From: an uncultured Verrucomicrobiae bacterium
GTDB lineage: Bacteria > Chlamydiota > Chlamydiia > Chlamydiales > Rhabdochlamydiaceae
NCBI GenBank assembly: GCA_963718565.1
Contig: OY970364.1
Location: forward strand, 1,664,001 to 1,728,000
Direction of reading: 5' to 3'
DNA length: 64,000 nt
The number at the start of each line of letters is the position of its first letter. The first letter of the stretch is position 1. This document shows positions 39,357-49,972 of the stretch, piece after piece. Position numbers and translations under genes: made by a program. Below the pieces are notes generated by a model, which was given only the letters and a program-made list of their open reading frames with translations, ran no database searches and was not told the DNA's origin.

Positions 39357-41993
39357 ATGCGCTCTAAATTCTGGATCTCGATGTTACTCTGTCTTAGCTT
39401 TTCATTGGGATGGACTTCTCCAGAGCCCATTAAGCCGGTAGCTCCTGGGCTCAAACAACGGCAGCCCCATTGGCGTCCCAAAGTCTTGGAAAATTATCAG
39501 GAGGGACAACCCCAACGCGTTCTTTTTTACGAACAGATCGGGGCGACCAATGAAGCTCCTGTAAAGCAGGTGCTCTTTTATCGCAATGGTCAGATTAAGA
39601 CAGAGATGGATTTGATCGAGGTCGCAGAAGATTCCCCTGGAGCTAAAGAATGGAAATCGACAATTGTTCCGCATGGAATGAGTCTCTCTTTTTTCTCAAA
39701 TGGCCAGCCGGAAAGAGTTGCTTTTTATGATCGAGGAATTCTCCATGGAGAGGCGAAAATCTTTTATGCGAATGGAAAATTGCGTAGCCAATGCACCTTC
39801 AAACAAGGCGAGCGTCATGGGGAGATGATTTCTTATTTCGAGGAGGGAACAAAAGCGGAAGAGGCCACATTTGAAAATGGAAAGGTCATCGGCGAATTGA
39901 TCAGATATCATCCTAAAGGCAATCGCGCCGCATTAATTCCCTATGAGAATGCTGTTCCACATGGAAATGCAATGGAGTGGTATCCCAGTGGTGCTTTAAG
40001 AGCAAATTTACGCTATCAAAATGGGGTTTTTCATTCCGATGGGAAAAATCCCGCTGTAGTCATTTATGCGGAAGACCGTTCGATTCAAGAAGTCCAAGAT
40101 TTCAATCAAGGGGAACCGATAGGGACCCATCTTCGCTATTATCCCAACGGAAAAGAAGCTTACAAAGTCCAATATAAAAATGGGCAAAAGCAAGGGAAAG
40201 AGCAGTTTTTTGCACAAGATGGAAAAGTGATGGGTGAAGGGGAATATAAAAATGGGATTCCTTATGGCAAACATTGGCGCAATGCGGAAAATGGGACGCT
40301 AGTTTACCTCGCTGATTATGATAAAGAGGGCAAGCTTTTGGCTCCTGTAGAAGAATTTACCCCTGAGGGCAAAAAGATCGCAGAGTATTTCTTTCTTGAG
40401 GGTAAACGCCATGGTGTCTTCCGACAATGGTTTGCAGAGGGTACTCCTCATGTGGATTTCAATTATAATCATGGCGTCTTTGACGGAGAACAGAAAGAAT
40501 ATTACGAAAATGGCCAGATGAAGGTTAAGGCGTTTTATCACAACAATGCCAAGGATAAGATTTTTGAAGAATGGTATGAGAGTGGGCAAGCCTCAGCATG
40601 CTATGAATTGAAAAATGGCGTTAAGCACGGCCTTTGTCGTGATTGGTATCAGGATGGGACTCCTAAACTCGAAGAATTCTATGTGGATGGAAAGCTCGAC
40701 AAAACGCGAAAGGAGTGGCACGCTAATGGTGTGCTGCACTTGGTAGGCGATTTTGCTCTTGGCAAGAAACGGGGTATGCACAAGCAATGGAATGAAGCCA
40801 ATGAGCTGATCATGGAAGTGCGCTATGAAAATGATCTTCCCGTGGGGACTGCTAAAACCTGGTATGCGAAAGACAAGCTCAAGCAAGTCGTCCCATTTGA
40901 AAATGGCAAACGACAAGGAAAAGAAGAAGAGTATTATCCCAATGGGCAATTAAGAGCTGCCGTCGATTATAAGGAAGGCACGCCCGATGGAGAAATGAAA
41001 GCATGGTATGAAGATGGCACACTTTGTTCTGTGAAATCATTCCGTGCTGGTATTCCTATAGGAGAACACAAAGAGTATTTCTCCAAAGCAGATCTTCAAA
41101 ACGACCTCCTTCCAGAAAATGCTTCTAAAAAATCAGTGTTGCAACTCGCAAGCCATTTCATTTACAACGCAGAGGGGCAATTTCAGGGAGAACAAAAGAC
41201 CTATTATCCGGATGGGACGCTCCATACATTGATTATCTATGACAAAGGAGATCTCCACGGTGTCAAGGCGATGTGGGACAATCAAGGCAATCTTTTGGAA
41301 GAAGCCGTTTATGAAAATGGTAAACTCAATGGCCGTTTCTTTGAAAGAGTTCAAGATGGTCGTGAAATTATTTTCCACTACAAGGATAACCTGCGCGAAG
41401 GAATCCATGAGGTGTTTTATCCTTCCCATGAATATTTCGGCAAAGTCCGTGCACTCGAGGTGAATTTCGTCAACGATCTTACCGAGGGGGAAGCGATTGA
41501 ATACAATGAATCCGGAGTCAAAATTTCAGCAACTCCTTATGTCCATGGAATGAGAGAAGGAATTGCAAAGGTTTTTTCCGCTAAAGGCCAAATGTTAATG
41601 GCGATCGAATTCCACAATGATAAGCGCAATGGACCGCTGCTTCAATATTTCCCCGATGGCAAACTTTTTGTCGAAAGTTCCTATGTCAATGACCAGAGGG
41701 AAGGAGAAGAAAAGACTTATTATGAAAGTGGCAAACTCGCTAAGAACATCCCTTACAAAAATGATCAGATCCATGGTTTATATTGTGAATGGAATGACCA
41801 AGGAATTGTGACTTTTGAAGGAGAATTCAAAGAAGGCAAACGTCATGGCAAATTCAATAAGTATTACGATGATGGGAAGCCTCGCTTGCTGCAAACCTTT
41901 GTTGAAGATGAATTACATGGAATTAAAAAGAGCTTTGATCAAGATGGCATAGTCTCGGAAACGCGCTATGACAAAGGCGTCAAAGTTGGTTAA
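39357..41993 (+). CDS. Exported MORN-variant (YwqK-like) repeat protein
   Basis: Signal peptide; many Y/W-Y-x-N/D-G...YxxGxxxG repeats. Confidence 0.88.
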   Translation: MRSKFWISMLLCLSFSLGWTSPEPIKPVAPGLKQRQPHWRPKVLENYQEGQPQRVLFYEQIGATNEAPVKQVLFYRNGQIKTEMDLIEVAEDSPGAKEWKSTIVPHGMSLSFFSNGQPERVAFYDRGILHGEAKIFYANGKLRSQCTFKQGERHGEMISYFEEGTKAEEATFENGKVIGELIRYHPKGNRAALIPYENAVPHGNAMEWYPSGALRANLRYQNGVFHSDGKNPAVVIYAEDRSIQEVQDFNQGEPIGTHLRYYPNGKEAYKVQYKNGQKQGKEQFFAQDGKVMGEGEYKNGIPYGKHWRNAENGTLVYLADYDKEGKLLAPVEEFTPEGKKIAEYFFLEGKRHGVFRQWFAEGTPHVDFNYNHGVFDGEQKEYYENGQMKVKAFYHNNAKDKIFEEWYESGQASACYELKNGVKHGLCRDWYQDGTPKLEEFYVDGKLDKTRKEWHANGVLHLVGDFALGKKRGMHKQWNEANELIMEVRYENDLPVGTAKTWYAKDKLKQVVPFENGKRQGKEEEYYPNGQLRAAVDYKEGTPDGEMKAWYEDGTLCSVKSFRAGIPIGEHKEYFSKADLQNDLLPENASKKSVLQLASHFIYNAEGQFQGEQKTYYPDGTLHTLIIYDKGDLHGVKAMWDNQGNLLEEAVYENGKLNGRFFERVQDGREIIFHYKDNLREGIHEVFYPSHEYFGKVRALEVNFVNDLTEGEAIEYNESGVKISATPYVHGMREGIAKVFSAKGQMLMAIEFHNDKRNGPLLQYFPDGKLFVESSYVNDQREGEEKTYYESGKLAKNIPYKNDQIHGLYCEWNDQGIVTFEGEFKEGKRHGKFNKYYDDGKPRLLQTFVEDELHGIKKSFDQDGIVSETRYDKGVKVG

Positions 41994-42170
41994 CTAAAAG
42001 CCAATTCCATAGCTGATTTGAAGAACAATATAGCTTTGCAAAAGATAGCAAAATGGCAATGAATTACGGGATGTTAAATCATGATACCCAACAACTCCTT
42101 TCAGAATGGGAATACACAATCCATACCCTTAAAATGCTCCTGGAAAAGATGAGTAATAAGTAAGTCCGCT

Positions 42171-42245
42171 CAGGCGATTTTAGCTCTCCGTTATTTTTAT
42201 GAAGAGATGCCTCAGTTGCACGTCATTGCGGCAGGGTCTCTTATT
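42171..42245 (+). pseudogene. Remnant of an AAA_14-type ATPase gene
   Basis: Hand translation QAILALRYFYEEMPQLHVIAAGSLI resembles the post-Walker B segment of this family. Confidence 0.55.
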
Positions 42246-42822
42246 GCACCGCTCGGAATTGGTGCAGGGCGGAACGAGAAAAGGTTCGTGTGTTGACGTG
42301 GCGCAAATGGGTTAGCGAAATGCCTTCGGGTTGCAAAGAAGGAGGCGTCGCTTCTTCCAGGAAGAGTGTTCCCTCGCTCTTTAGGAGAGGATGCGTATCG
42401 AAAAAGGTCAGAATGTCGTGAAGCAGATGTAAGCGCGTTGCTGCGGAATAAGGGGGGTCGGCATAAACAATGTCGAATTGCTGTGCTGATTTGGCTAGTT
42501 TTTTTAAGGCAAGAAAACAGTCATATCCCATCAAAGTACATTGAGGTACGACTTGCAATGTTCGAAGATTCTCTTCGATACAATGCAAAGCTTGGGTGCT
42601 GGTTTCGACAAATGTCGCATAAGAGGCTCCTCGGCTCAGAGCTTCGAGTCCCATAGCTCCCGTTCCTGCATAGAGATCGAGAAAGGAAGCTCCTTCAATC
42701 TGATTCTGAACAATGTCGAAAACAGCCTTGCGCATCACCGCTAATGTGGGGCGCGTCTGGTTGCCTTTGGGGGATTTCAAAGGACGGTTCCGAAAAGCTC
42801 CTCCAATAATCCGAAGGGTCAT
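42241..42822 (-). CDS. rsmD: 16S rRNA m2G966 methyltransferase
   Basis: LRIIGG, TRPT, LDLYAGTGAMGLEALSRGA, DPPY. Confidence 0.95.
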   Translation of the reverse strand: MTLRIIGGAFRNRPLKSPKGNQTRPTLAVMRKAVFDIVQNQIEGASFLDLYAGTGAMGLEALSRGASYATFVETSTQALHCIEENLRTLQVVPQCTLMGYDCFLALKKLAKSAQQFDIVYADPPYSAATRLHLLHDILTFFDTHPLLKSEGTLFLEEATPPSLQPEGISLTHLRHVNTRTFSRSALHQFRAVQ

Positions 42823-44720
42823 TCAAATGCGATCTCGTGACGCGATTTTTTGAGGATTTCTTTCGCTTCTTTCAAATGCGCAGCTTTTCCCTCCTGGAGA
42901 AATTTAGCATAGCAGCGGTGAGCATGCTGTGCTGACCAATCCGATTCAAGGGCTTGGCTGCCTTTTTGCCCTTCGATAAAGGAGACACTCTTCTTAATAG
43001 CGATCCATTGATCGCAATGGCGACCTTGGATGATGAGATCAAAAGCGCAAGGGTCGTCAATTTGGCCGATGAGAAGATAAGGTTGATGGGAATAGAGTGC
43101 AGGTAGATGAGATCCCGCTGCGTAAAATTCAATATGAGAATGGGGATGATGCGGAATTGCTGTGATCATCAGATCTTTGGCAATGGGATCTTTTAAGTCG
43201 AGGACGAGTTTAGCTAGCTTTCTGGGAAAAGAGGCGTGCGTATCCGAATAGAGCAATTTACCCCCGCTCACGGAACTCAGCATGTCGAGCCCGACAAGGT
43301 CATTATCGCGGCCGATAGCAGCAGTATAAAGGGCTAATTTTCCATTGTTTTTCTCCACCCACTGTTTCAAAGCTTTCTGTTTACGCTCAGGACTCAAACT
43401 CGACTTGCCATCCGTCAGTAAGATTGCAGTATGGATCTCTTCATCATCTGGAATCACAGGGAGAATTTTTTCTAAAGAAGTGTAAATTTCTCCCGCAGCA
43501 AATCGTCCGCCTGCTTCTTCTTTATCTAGAAACTCTTCTGCAGCCTGGATATTTTTCATTGTGATGGGGCGGCTTTGCGGACTGAAGGTGACGAGTTTTT
43601 TATCCATGATGAGGATATTAAAAGTGTCCCCATGCTGCATGCTGGCAAGCGCTTTAAGCACGGCGCGTTTGAAGACGGCAAAACGATGTTTTTGCACGGA
43701 GTTAGAGCGGTCAATGATAAAGTAAAGATTTTGTCTCAGGCTATGGCTGCTAAAATCGTAATTGGGTTGGATAGAAAGCGAGAAGATATATCCCTGTCCT
43801 TCAGGATTAGGCAGGAAGAGAACATCGACGTCAAAATCATTGTTCCATTCGGCGGCCATGGCCATGGCTGGAAAATCGTACTGTTCCAAATCCGATAAGG
43901 AACTTGCCACTTTAATATCCTTTGTGTCTGGGGAAGTTTGAGCTGCTTTGAGAACAAAAAGGGTGGAGCGCACCTTTTCCTTCTCAAGCATTAAATCTTT
44001 CGCGGTGATTTGTGCAGCCTGGGGGGCTTTATCTGCTTTAAGTTCAAGATCCTCGCCGATCTTCAAACTGCTAGGCGAGGCGAGTTGGGGAGAGAGATTT
44101 AGGGAGTAGTCAGTTTCAAAAGTAGGATGAAGGGAATAATCACTGACGGCGATCAAATCGTCATATTTTCCTTGCCCTAGGGGAATGGCAACGGCAGGGA
44201 TTTGAGAGACTGCCGGCTCAGGATTAATCTGCAGCTGAGAGGCGATGGGAGTCTCCATTTCTTCGGGTGAAAAAAGGGAGCGAAAGTCATTTCCCTCTTG
44301 ATCTTGGAATTCATTGACAGCAGTGAATGCAAAATCTCTTCCTGAGGAGGTCAGATCGGGCAAAAAGGTGTCTTGAGGGTAAGTGGGTATGGTTTCCTCT
44401 TCATTAGGAGCAAGAGCGATGCCTTTAGGAAGGTCGATGAAATCGTAAGGTTTTTGAAAATGGGGAGAAAGGAGAACGATGTGCTCAAAAACCTCTTCGA
44501 GCATCTGATTTTTCTTCTTTAGAAATTCCCCATTCTCTTCATCGATATTAAGCAAGATGGGAGTCGCTGCTGTCATTCCAAAGAGAGACTTAAAGGGGCC
44601 TTGCACAATCAAGGGATGGAAATAAAAAAAAGTGACCGCAGCGATATGGGCTACAAGAGAAAAAAGGATGCATTTCACAGCTAGGCGTCGCAATCGATGA
44701 GGTAGGGTCATTATATTCAT
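42819..44720 (-). CDS. Membrane-anchored VWA-domain protein
   Basis: N-terminal TM; MIDAS IIDRSNS, LLTDG. Confidence 0.82.
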   Translation of the reverse strand: MNIMTLPHRLRRLAVKCILFSLVAHIAAVTFFYFHPLIVQGPFKSLFGMTAATPILLNIDEENGEFLKKKNQMLEEVFEHIVLLSPHFQKPYDFIDLPKGIALAPNEEETIPTYPQDTFLPDLTSSGRDFAFTAVNEFQDQEGNDFRSLFSPEEMETPIASQLQINPEPAVSQIPAVAIPLGQGKYDDLIAVSDYSLHPTFETDYSLNLSPQLASPSSLKIGEDLELKADKAPQAAQITAKDLMLEKEKVRSTLFVLKAAQTSPDTKDIKVASSLSDLEQYDFPAMAMAAEWNNDFDVDVLFLPNPEGQGYIFSLSIQPNYDFSSHSLRQNLYFIIDRSNSVQKHRFAVFKRAVLKALASMQHGDTFNILIMDKKLVTFSPQSRPITMKNIQAAEEFLDKEEAGGRFAAGEIYTSLEKILPVIPDDEEIHTAILLTDGKSSLSPERKQKALKQWVEKNNGKLALYTAAIGRDNDLVGLDMLSSVSGGKLLYSDTHASFPRKLAKLVLDLKDPIAKDLMITAIPHHPHSHIEFYAAGSHLPALYSHQPYLLIGQIDDPCAFDLIIQGRHCDQWIAIKKSVSFIEGQKGSQALESDWSAQHAHRCYAKFLQEGKAAHLKEAKEILKKSRHEIAFE

Positions 44721-47440
44721 AAACTTTTTGTCAAAGCCTCTCTACTTTTAAGGATGCGTTGCATCAGTGATTCTTCGGTTGTTTCCGCTAAAAGTTGATC
44801 TAATTTTTCTTTCGATTCGCGAAGAAGCGGGAGATGATGTGCTTCTTCTGCTTTTAGGCGCTCGATTTCGATATCGACGAAGGCTAAATATTGACGGCAC
44901 AGTTTCTCTTTGTCGGGAAATTGAAGCGAGGCAGAAAAATATTGTTGAACCAACGGATCCTGTTCAGATGAGAAGTTCTCTTTCAATTGTCCGAGTAAAA
45001 AAATCGCACGTTTCCTTCGCTGAGCTGAGGGAGCTAATTCTGATTTGCATTCCACATAACAAAGGCCTGCTTCCAAATGGAGCGGTTCGGAATGAAGTTT
45101 GCGTTTTGTTTGAATATCTTTTAAAGCATCTAAGATCGTTTGTGAGGCTGGAGAATCTTCAGATTTACCCATTCCCTTCAATGTGGAAAAATCAAGCTTG
45201 GCTTTCTCAACGGTTGCGGCAATGGCAAAATAAGAGGAGACATGAGAGGAGGATGCAATCAAATCTTCAAAACTGTTGCGCGCTTTTTCTTTTTCTCCTG
45301 CTTCAAGATAAGCTTTCCCTAGTTCAAATTGGGCCATGCGCTGGTATTTCCATTGGAAATCAGGGTGGATTTGATATTCTTTGACCAAGGCTTCGAGCAG
45401 CTGTACGCGTTCTTTAAAGCGGCTTGTTTTCTTATAGAGCTCACTGAGTCTTAAAGCTTCTGCTTCCTTTTCCAGAGTTTGCTGAGTCATTGCCAAGGCA
45501 AAGGCGTTTTCATTAACCCCGAGTAATTTTTCCAAAGTAATCGCAGCGCGTTCCATCGCTGTGTCTTTGCCATTTTTGTATTGCTGAAAGTAATAGCTCG
45601 CTAGCCAGCGTCGGTTTTGTCTGTTTGCGGGTTTGTCCAAAGCTAAGAACAGATGATCAGCAGCTTTGTCCATCAGTTCCATTTTTTCATCGTCATAGGC
45701 TTTTCCGGCCAGGCTTAAATATGTATTGAATAAGGTCAGGTGAAGATCGATCGCCCCTTCCAATCTGGGGTTGATGCTTAAGGCTTTTTCCGCATTCAGC
45801 GCAAAATGAATCTCATCGCGCTCCTCTTTATGATGGGCGTAGGCCAAAAGAAGATAAGCGTCTGCACAGCTGGAGTCCTTAGAAAAATCTCTGACGTATT
45901 CGCTTAAACTTCCAATACATTCCTCGTAATTGCCCAGTTCAAATTGAATTTTGCCGAGCAGATAACGCATTTTTTGTTTTTCGACAGGGGAGAAAGTTTT
46001 CTTCTCTTGCAATGAGGCATTAAGAATTGTGAGGAGTTGTTCTTTCTTTATTTTTTCGGTGCCTCCCGAAGCGCGTCTAATATCTTCTAACCGGCAATTG
46101 ACGATCTGACGCAAGGCGTTTGCGCGCCATGTGCTTTGAGGAAACGCCAGCAGAAAGGCTTCAAAGGCACAAGCGCTTTCTTGCCATTTTTCTTCTTGTA
46201 GTAGCAAGAGCGCGTTGTCATAGTGAAGCGCCTCGCGTTGCGGATGTTGCGGATTCATTTCTAAGATTGCGCGTACCTCGGCCCTTGCTTTGGACCACTC
46301 CTTTTTGTCTCGACAGAGCTGAGCGTGCATGAGCAAGATGTTTTCAGTTTCTTCATCCTGTGTGAATTGCACTTTGAGCGTGGCGAGCGTTTTTTCAAAT
46401 AAAGGGAGATCCTGAGTTTCCTGCGCTATAGCGATCAGCGAGATCAGTGCGCTTTTCTCTTGCTGCCGATCCAGTGTTTTAGAAGCAAGGCTCTGTGTCA
46501 AAGGTTCGATTGCACGCACATAATCCTGTGTGAGAAATAAAGATTTGCCCAAATAGTAATGGATGAGTGGGACTTTATCTTGTGTGACGTGCGCGATCGC
46601 TTTCTCATAAACAAGCACAAAATCGCGGTAATGCTTTTCTTGAAACAGAAGATTAAGCTGGTTAAAGGCAGCCTTTGACGCGCTCTTTCCTCCGAGCTCA
46701 TAGATAGTGCCAAAGGTTTCGATCGCCTTGTTCTTATCGAAATGAATTTGTAAAGATGCCGCTTGAAAAAGATATTCCTCTTTTTTGCTTTGGTCTTTGT
46801 GAGAGAGCAAAAGGAAGAGGGCAGCTGCTTTCTGACGCTCTTCTAAAAAAGCAAAAATGTGCGCTTGCGGGAGCAAAGTCATATCGCCATATTTTGTCTG
46901 CATCAGTTGTTGGTATTCTGTGAGCGCCACTTTCATTAATTTTTTCTTTTTATCGGCATTTTCAGGTGCAAAGGCTTTACAGAAATAGATTTCTCCTAGT
47001 TCAAAGCGGATCGTATGGATATCTGCGGCTTTAGCGTTGGGATCTTTTAAAAAAAGTTCAGAGGCAAGGATGAATTCATCGTATTTCTTAGCTACGTACA
47101 GACAGTGCAAACGATGGAACTGAGATTTGTGGCGGAACTGTTTGTCTTGGACTTTCTCGTAACTTGCAAGAGCCTCTGAGAAATTTTCTTCTTGAAAGTA
47201 GAGATCGCCGAGCATCGCATAGAGCTGGTCGACGTAGGAGCTCTTGGGGTTTTTGCTTAAAAAATTGCGGATCTGAGCTTTAACAGTCTTATAGTCCTTT
47301 TCCTTCCAATACTCTGCAATCCGCCTCAATTCAAGACTTTCCTCCAAAGAGGCATCGAGATTTTTGGCCGATAGCATAGAAAAACAACTGAAGACGGCTA
47401 AGAAAAAAACAGGAAATAATTTAGTAATACTCACTCTCAT
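44717..47440 (-). CDS. Large exported TPR-repeat protein
   Basis: Signal peptide; repeated LG..YF....Y..A helical motifs. Confidence 0.82.
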   Translation of the reverse strand: MRVSITKLFPVFFLAVFSCFSMLSAKNLDASLEESLELRRIAEYWKEKDYKTVKAQIRNFLSKNPKSSYVDQLYAMLGDLYFQEENFSEALASYEKVQDKQFRHKSQFHRLHCLYVAKKYDEFILASELFLKDPNAKAADIHTIRFELGEIYFCKAFAPENADKKKKLMKVALTEYQQLMQTKYGDMTLLPQAHIFAFLEERQKAAALFLLLSHKDQSKKEEYLFQAASLQIHFDKNKAIETFGTIYELGGKSASKAAFNQLNLLFQEKHYRDFVLVYEKAIAHVTQDKVPLIHYYLGKSLFLTQDYVRAIEPLTQSLASKTLDRQQEKSALISLIAIAQETQDLPLFEKTLATLKVQFTQDEETENILLMHAQLCRDKKEWSKARAEVRAILEMNPQHPQREALHYDNALLLLQEEKWQESACAFEAFLLAFPQSTWRANALRQIVNCRLEDIRRASGGTEKIKKEQLLTILNASLQEKKTFSPVEKQKMRYLLGKIQFELGNYEECIGSLSEYVRDFSKDSSCADAYLLLAYAHHKEERDEIHFALNAEKALSINPRLEGAIDLHLTLFNTYLSLAGKAYDDEKMELMDKAADHLFLALDKPANRQNRRWLASYYFQQYKNGKDTAMERAAITLEKLLGVNENAFALAMTQQTLEKEAEALRLSELYKKTSRFKERVQLLEALVKEYQIHPDFQWKYQRMAQFELGKAYLEAGEKEKARNSFEDLIASSSHVSSYFAIAATVEKAKLDFSTLKGMGKSEDSPASQTILDALKDIQTKRKLHSEPLHLEAGLCYVECKSELAPSAQRRKRAIFLLGQLKENFSSEQDPLVQQYFSASLQFPDKEKLCRQYLAFVDIEIERLKAEEAHHLPLLRESKEKLDQLLAETTEESLMQRILKSREALTKSL

Positions 47441-47837
47441 CTCAACTTTCCTTGATGAGCGCACCTCGCCACTCCAAAGTCAAATTTTTCGAATTTCGAG
47501 ATGCGCTCATCTAAAACTTACAACGTGGAATTTTTTTAATTATATACTTCTTTTTCAAAGGCACAACAAGTTTCTCTGGTGGGCAGGCGATGGTTCTGCC
47601 TAATCCATTCATTATTAGGGCCTTATATTTTTATGCGCCTCTAAGATAAAAAAAATTCAGTTTGCGCATTTAAAATTTTATTCAGGCAAAGCTCGTCATT
47701 TAAAAGCTAATAATATATTTAATGCACGTCAAATACAATGAAACAAAATTTTACCTCCATGTTTTTGTTCAACTAAACTATTTCGCTTGTTATAATTAAA
47801 ACAAAAATAATCAGATATAAAGTATAGAGGTGTAATT

Positions 47838-49868
47838 ATGGCTACAAATCTAAATCATGTTATTGAAAACAGTTTATTTGCTCAATCTGTTCTTTCTCCC
47901 GTATTAGGAGATGCTGGAGATAGTAAAAAGAATTTATTGAACAGAATTAAAAAATTAAATCAAGGTGAAAGATCAGAATTAGTGAAGGAATTAAATGAAA
48001 TCTGCTTACGTATTGACCTTCCCAAAGAGGGCTCGCTTCCCGATCACTTTTCTCGGGCTGCTATTCCTCTTCAAGAAAAAGGATTGAGCACTTTCCTTCT
48101 CTCTGATGATGGAAAGCAAGCAGAAGAGCATTGGTTCATTGTTTCCTTTTTTTTAGGATTGATGAATCGAATGGGTAAGAGAATCGGCAGTGATTTTATT
48201 ATGGAGCAGCTTTATGATACAAGAGCCTTATTACGCAGTCGCGGGTATGAGATTCGCGCTAACGAGGTTAATGCAGAACCAGGACTGAATGCATACATTT
48301 CCTTCCTTGAGGACAAATTAAAGGAAAAGAGCCCTGCTGAAAAAATCAACCCTTTGATCGATGAACTAGAAAAAATTAAACTAACATTCAACGATGCGTC
48401 ATCAAAAGATTGGGCCAGTCCGGGTGTCTTGCTGCAATTCCAATATCAACTTGCTTTTTTCAAAAAGCAACTTCAAACAGGTCCCCTCTCTGACTCCATC
48501 AGAACTACGGTTGAAGAAGCAATACAAAAAATCACGAACATTATTCAAGAGAGCAGAACACAAAGTCGCGACGTATTATCTGCAAACCTGCGTGACAATG
48601 CTCTTCCTGTTTTAAAGAACTTCGGATTTTCTGAAAATTTACTCGAATCTTTTGGGAGAAACTTAAGCGCACTTGCTCGCGGAGAACAGCTTCCTGAAAA
48701 GGTAGCTAATATTGGTTATTGGAGACGAAAGGTGATTATTCCTTATATAGGATGTCAACTAAGCACCATTAAAAAGGAGTTGCAAGGGATCATTTCCTCA
48801 TTTGAACTTGAGCAAAGAAAAACCCAAACTGAACTTGAAATCATCCATGGGCGTCTGGAAAAATATCAATACAACTCTCAAAATGCCATTAAGCGTGGAA
48901 GCCTTGCTACTGCAACTTTAAGCATTAAGGCCTTTGAGAAAGAATGGAAAGATTCTGCTTTAATTTGTGGTGTCATAAGTTCTGCGATAGTCGTGATATC
49001 TCAAGCAAAAGTTAAGAGTTTGGAATGGGTTAAAAATGCCGTCGAATTGATATACGCAGATGTGGCAGGTTCTCCAAATATTGATGAATCAAAAGCGAAG
49101 GGAGACTTTAAGCGCGATCTCCAACTCTTAAAAGATTTTTCTTATTCTGATTTTTCAATGAATAGGCAGCCCTTGGCTAATGCGCTTGACAAGCTTGAAT
49201 CATTACGTAGTAATCCACAAGGTTCTCTCGATGTCTACACAAGATTGAATCAGTTCAAGTCCAATCCGAGTGCCTATGATTTGACTTCTGATTTAAAGAA
49301 AATCAACTTCATCGACGATTATTTTGCTTATTGGAAATTCATTTTTGATCAGTCGAAACTTAGTAAAGCTGAAGAATTAAATAATGCCTTGGGAGCTAAA
49401 AAGAAAATTGAAGAGGAATTGACTCTTTCTTCATCTTCTGTGCCAAAACCTGTCGTGGGGGTACGTTCTCCTACAGTGACTCAGAATCCTATAGTGATTT
49501 CTGAAACTAAAGGGGATGCTAACCTCAGAGCCATAGCTAAAGGTCTACAAAATCATCGATCTAATTCTTCTATGGATTCAACTTGGTATGGACAAGTAGT
49601 GGCTGGCCCAAAATTGCATTCTGACCTAGTCAAGCAAGTGTACGGAAACTTTTATTGGATCATGAAGGATGCTGGAAAACTATGTGGAAAGTTACAAAGC
49701 GACGGACATGCAGAAGATAGTAATTGGGGGGGGGAAGTATTTACCTCAGGAAGCCTCGATGGAGTTCAACCTGCAGTTATTCGTCCTTTATTGAACCATT
49801 ATCGCGTGCAGGCAATGGCCGAAGTGTTGGAAGATAAAATTCGAACCCGAGCCAATCAAGCCTTCTAA
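47838..49868 (+). CDS. Hypothetical helical protein, possible secreted effector
   Basis: 676-aa ORF, AGAGGTG RBS, AT-rich upstream, no motif recognised. Confidence 0.65.
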   Translation: MATNLNHVIENSLFAQSVLSPVLGDAGDSKKNLLNRIKKLNQGERSELVKELNEICLRIDLPKEGSLPDHFSRAAIPLQEKGLSTFLLSDDGKQAEEHWFIVSFFLGLMNRMGKRIGSDFIMEQLYDTRALLRSRGYEIRANEVNAEPGLNAYISFLEDKLKEKSPAEKINPLIDELEKIKLTFNDASSKDWASPGVLLQFQYQLAFFKKQLQTGPLSDSIRTTVEEAIQKITNIIQESRTQSRDVLSANLRDNALPVLKNFGFSENLLESFGRNLSALARGEQLPEKVANIGYWRRKVIIPYIGCQLSTIKKELQGIISSFELEQRKTQTELEIIHGRLEKYQYNSQNAIKRGSLATATLSIKAFEKEWKDSALICGVISSAIVVISQAKVKSLEWVKNAVELIYADVAGSPNIDESKAKGDFKRDLQLLKDFSYSDFSMNRQPLANALDKLESLRSNPQGSLDVYTRLNQFKSNPSAYDLTSDLKKINFIDDYFAYWKFIFDQSKLSKAEELNNALGAKKKIEEELTLSSSSVPKPVVGVRSPTVTQNPIVISETKGDANLRAIAKGLQNHRSNSSMDSTWYGQVVAGPKLHSDLVKQVYGNFYWIMKDAGKLCGKLQSDGHAEDSNWGGEVFTSGSLDGVQPAVIRPLLNHYRVQAMAEVLEDKIRTRANQAF

Positions 49869-49972
49869 ATCACACTTCGAGCGAATTGCGAGATTGACAA
49901 AACGGGGTGATTTCCTGGGGGCTTGTAACAGAATCCATTGAACTTATTCAAACCTGATTATATATTATCAGA

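Noticed and set aside
47580..47625. Fluoride riboswitch (GGCGATGG)
   Set aside because: Downstream pseudoknot motif not evident and no fluoride-related gene follows; reads as a simple hairpin
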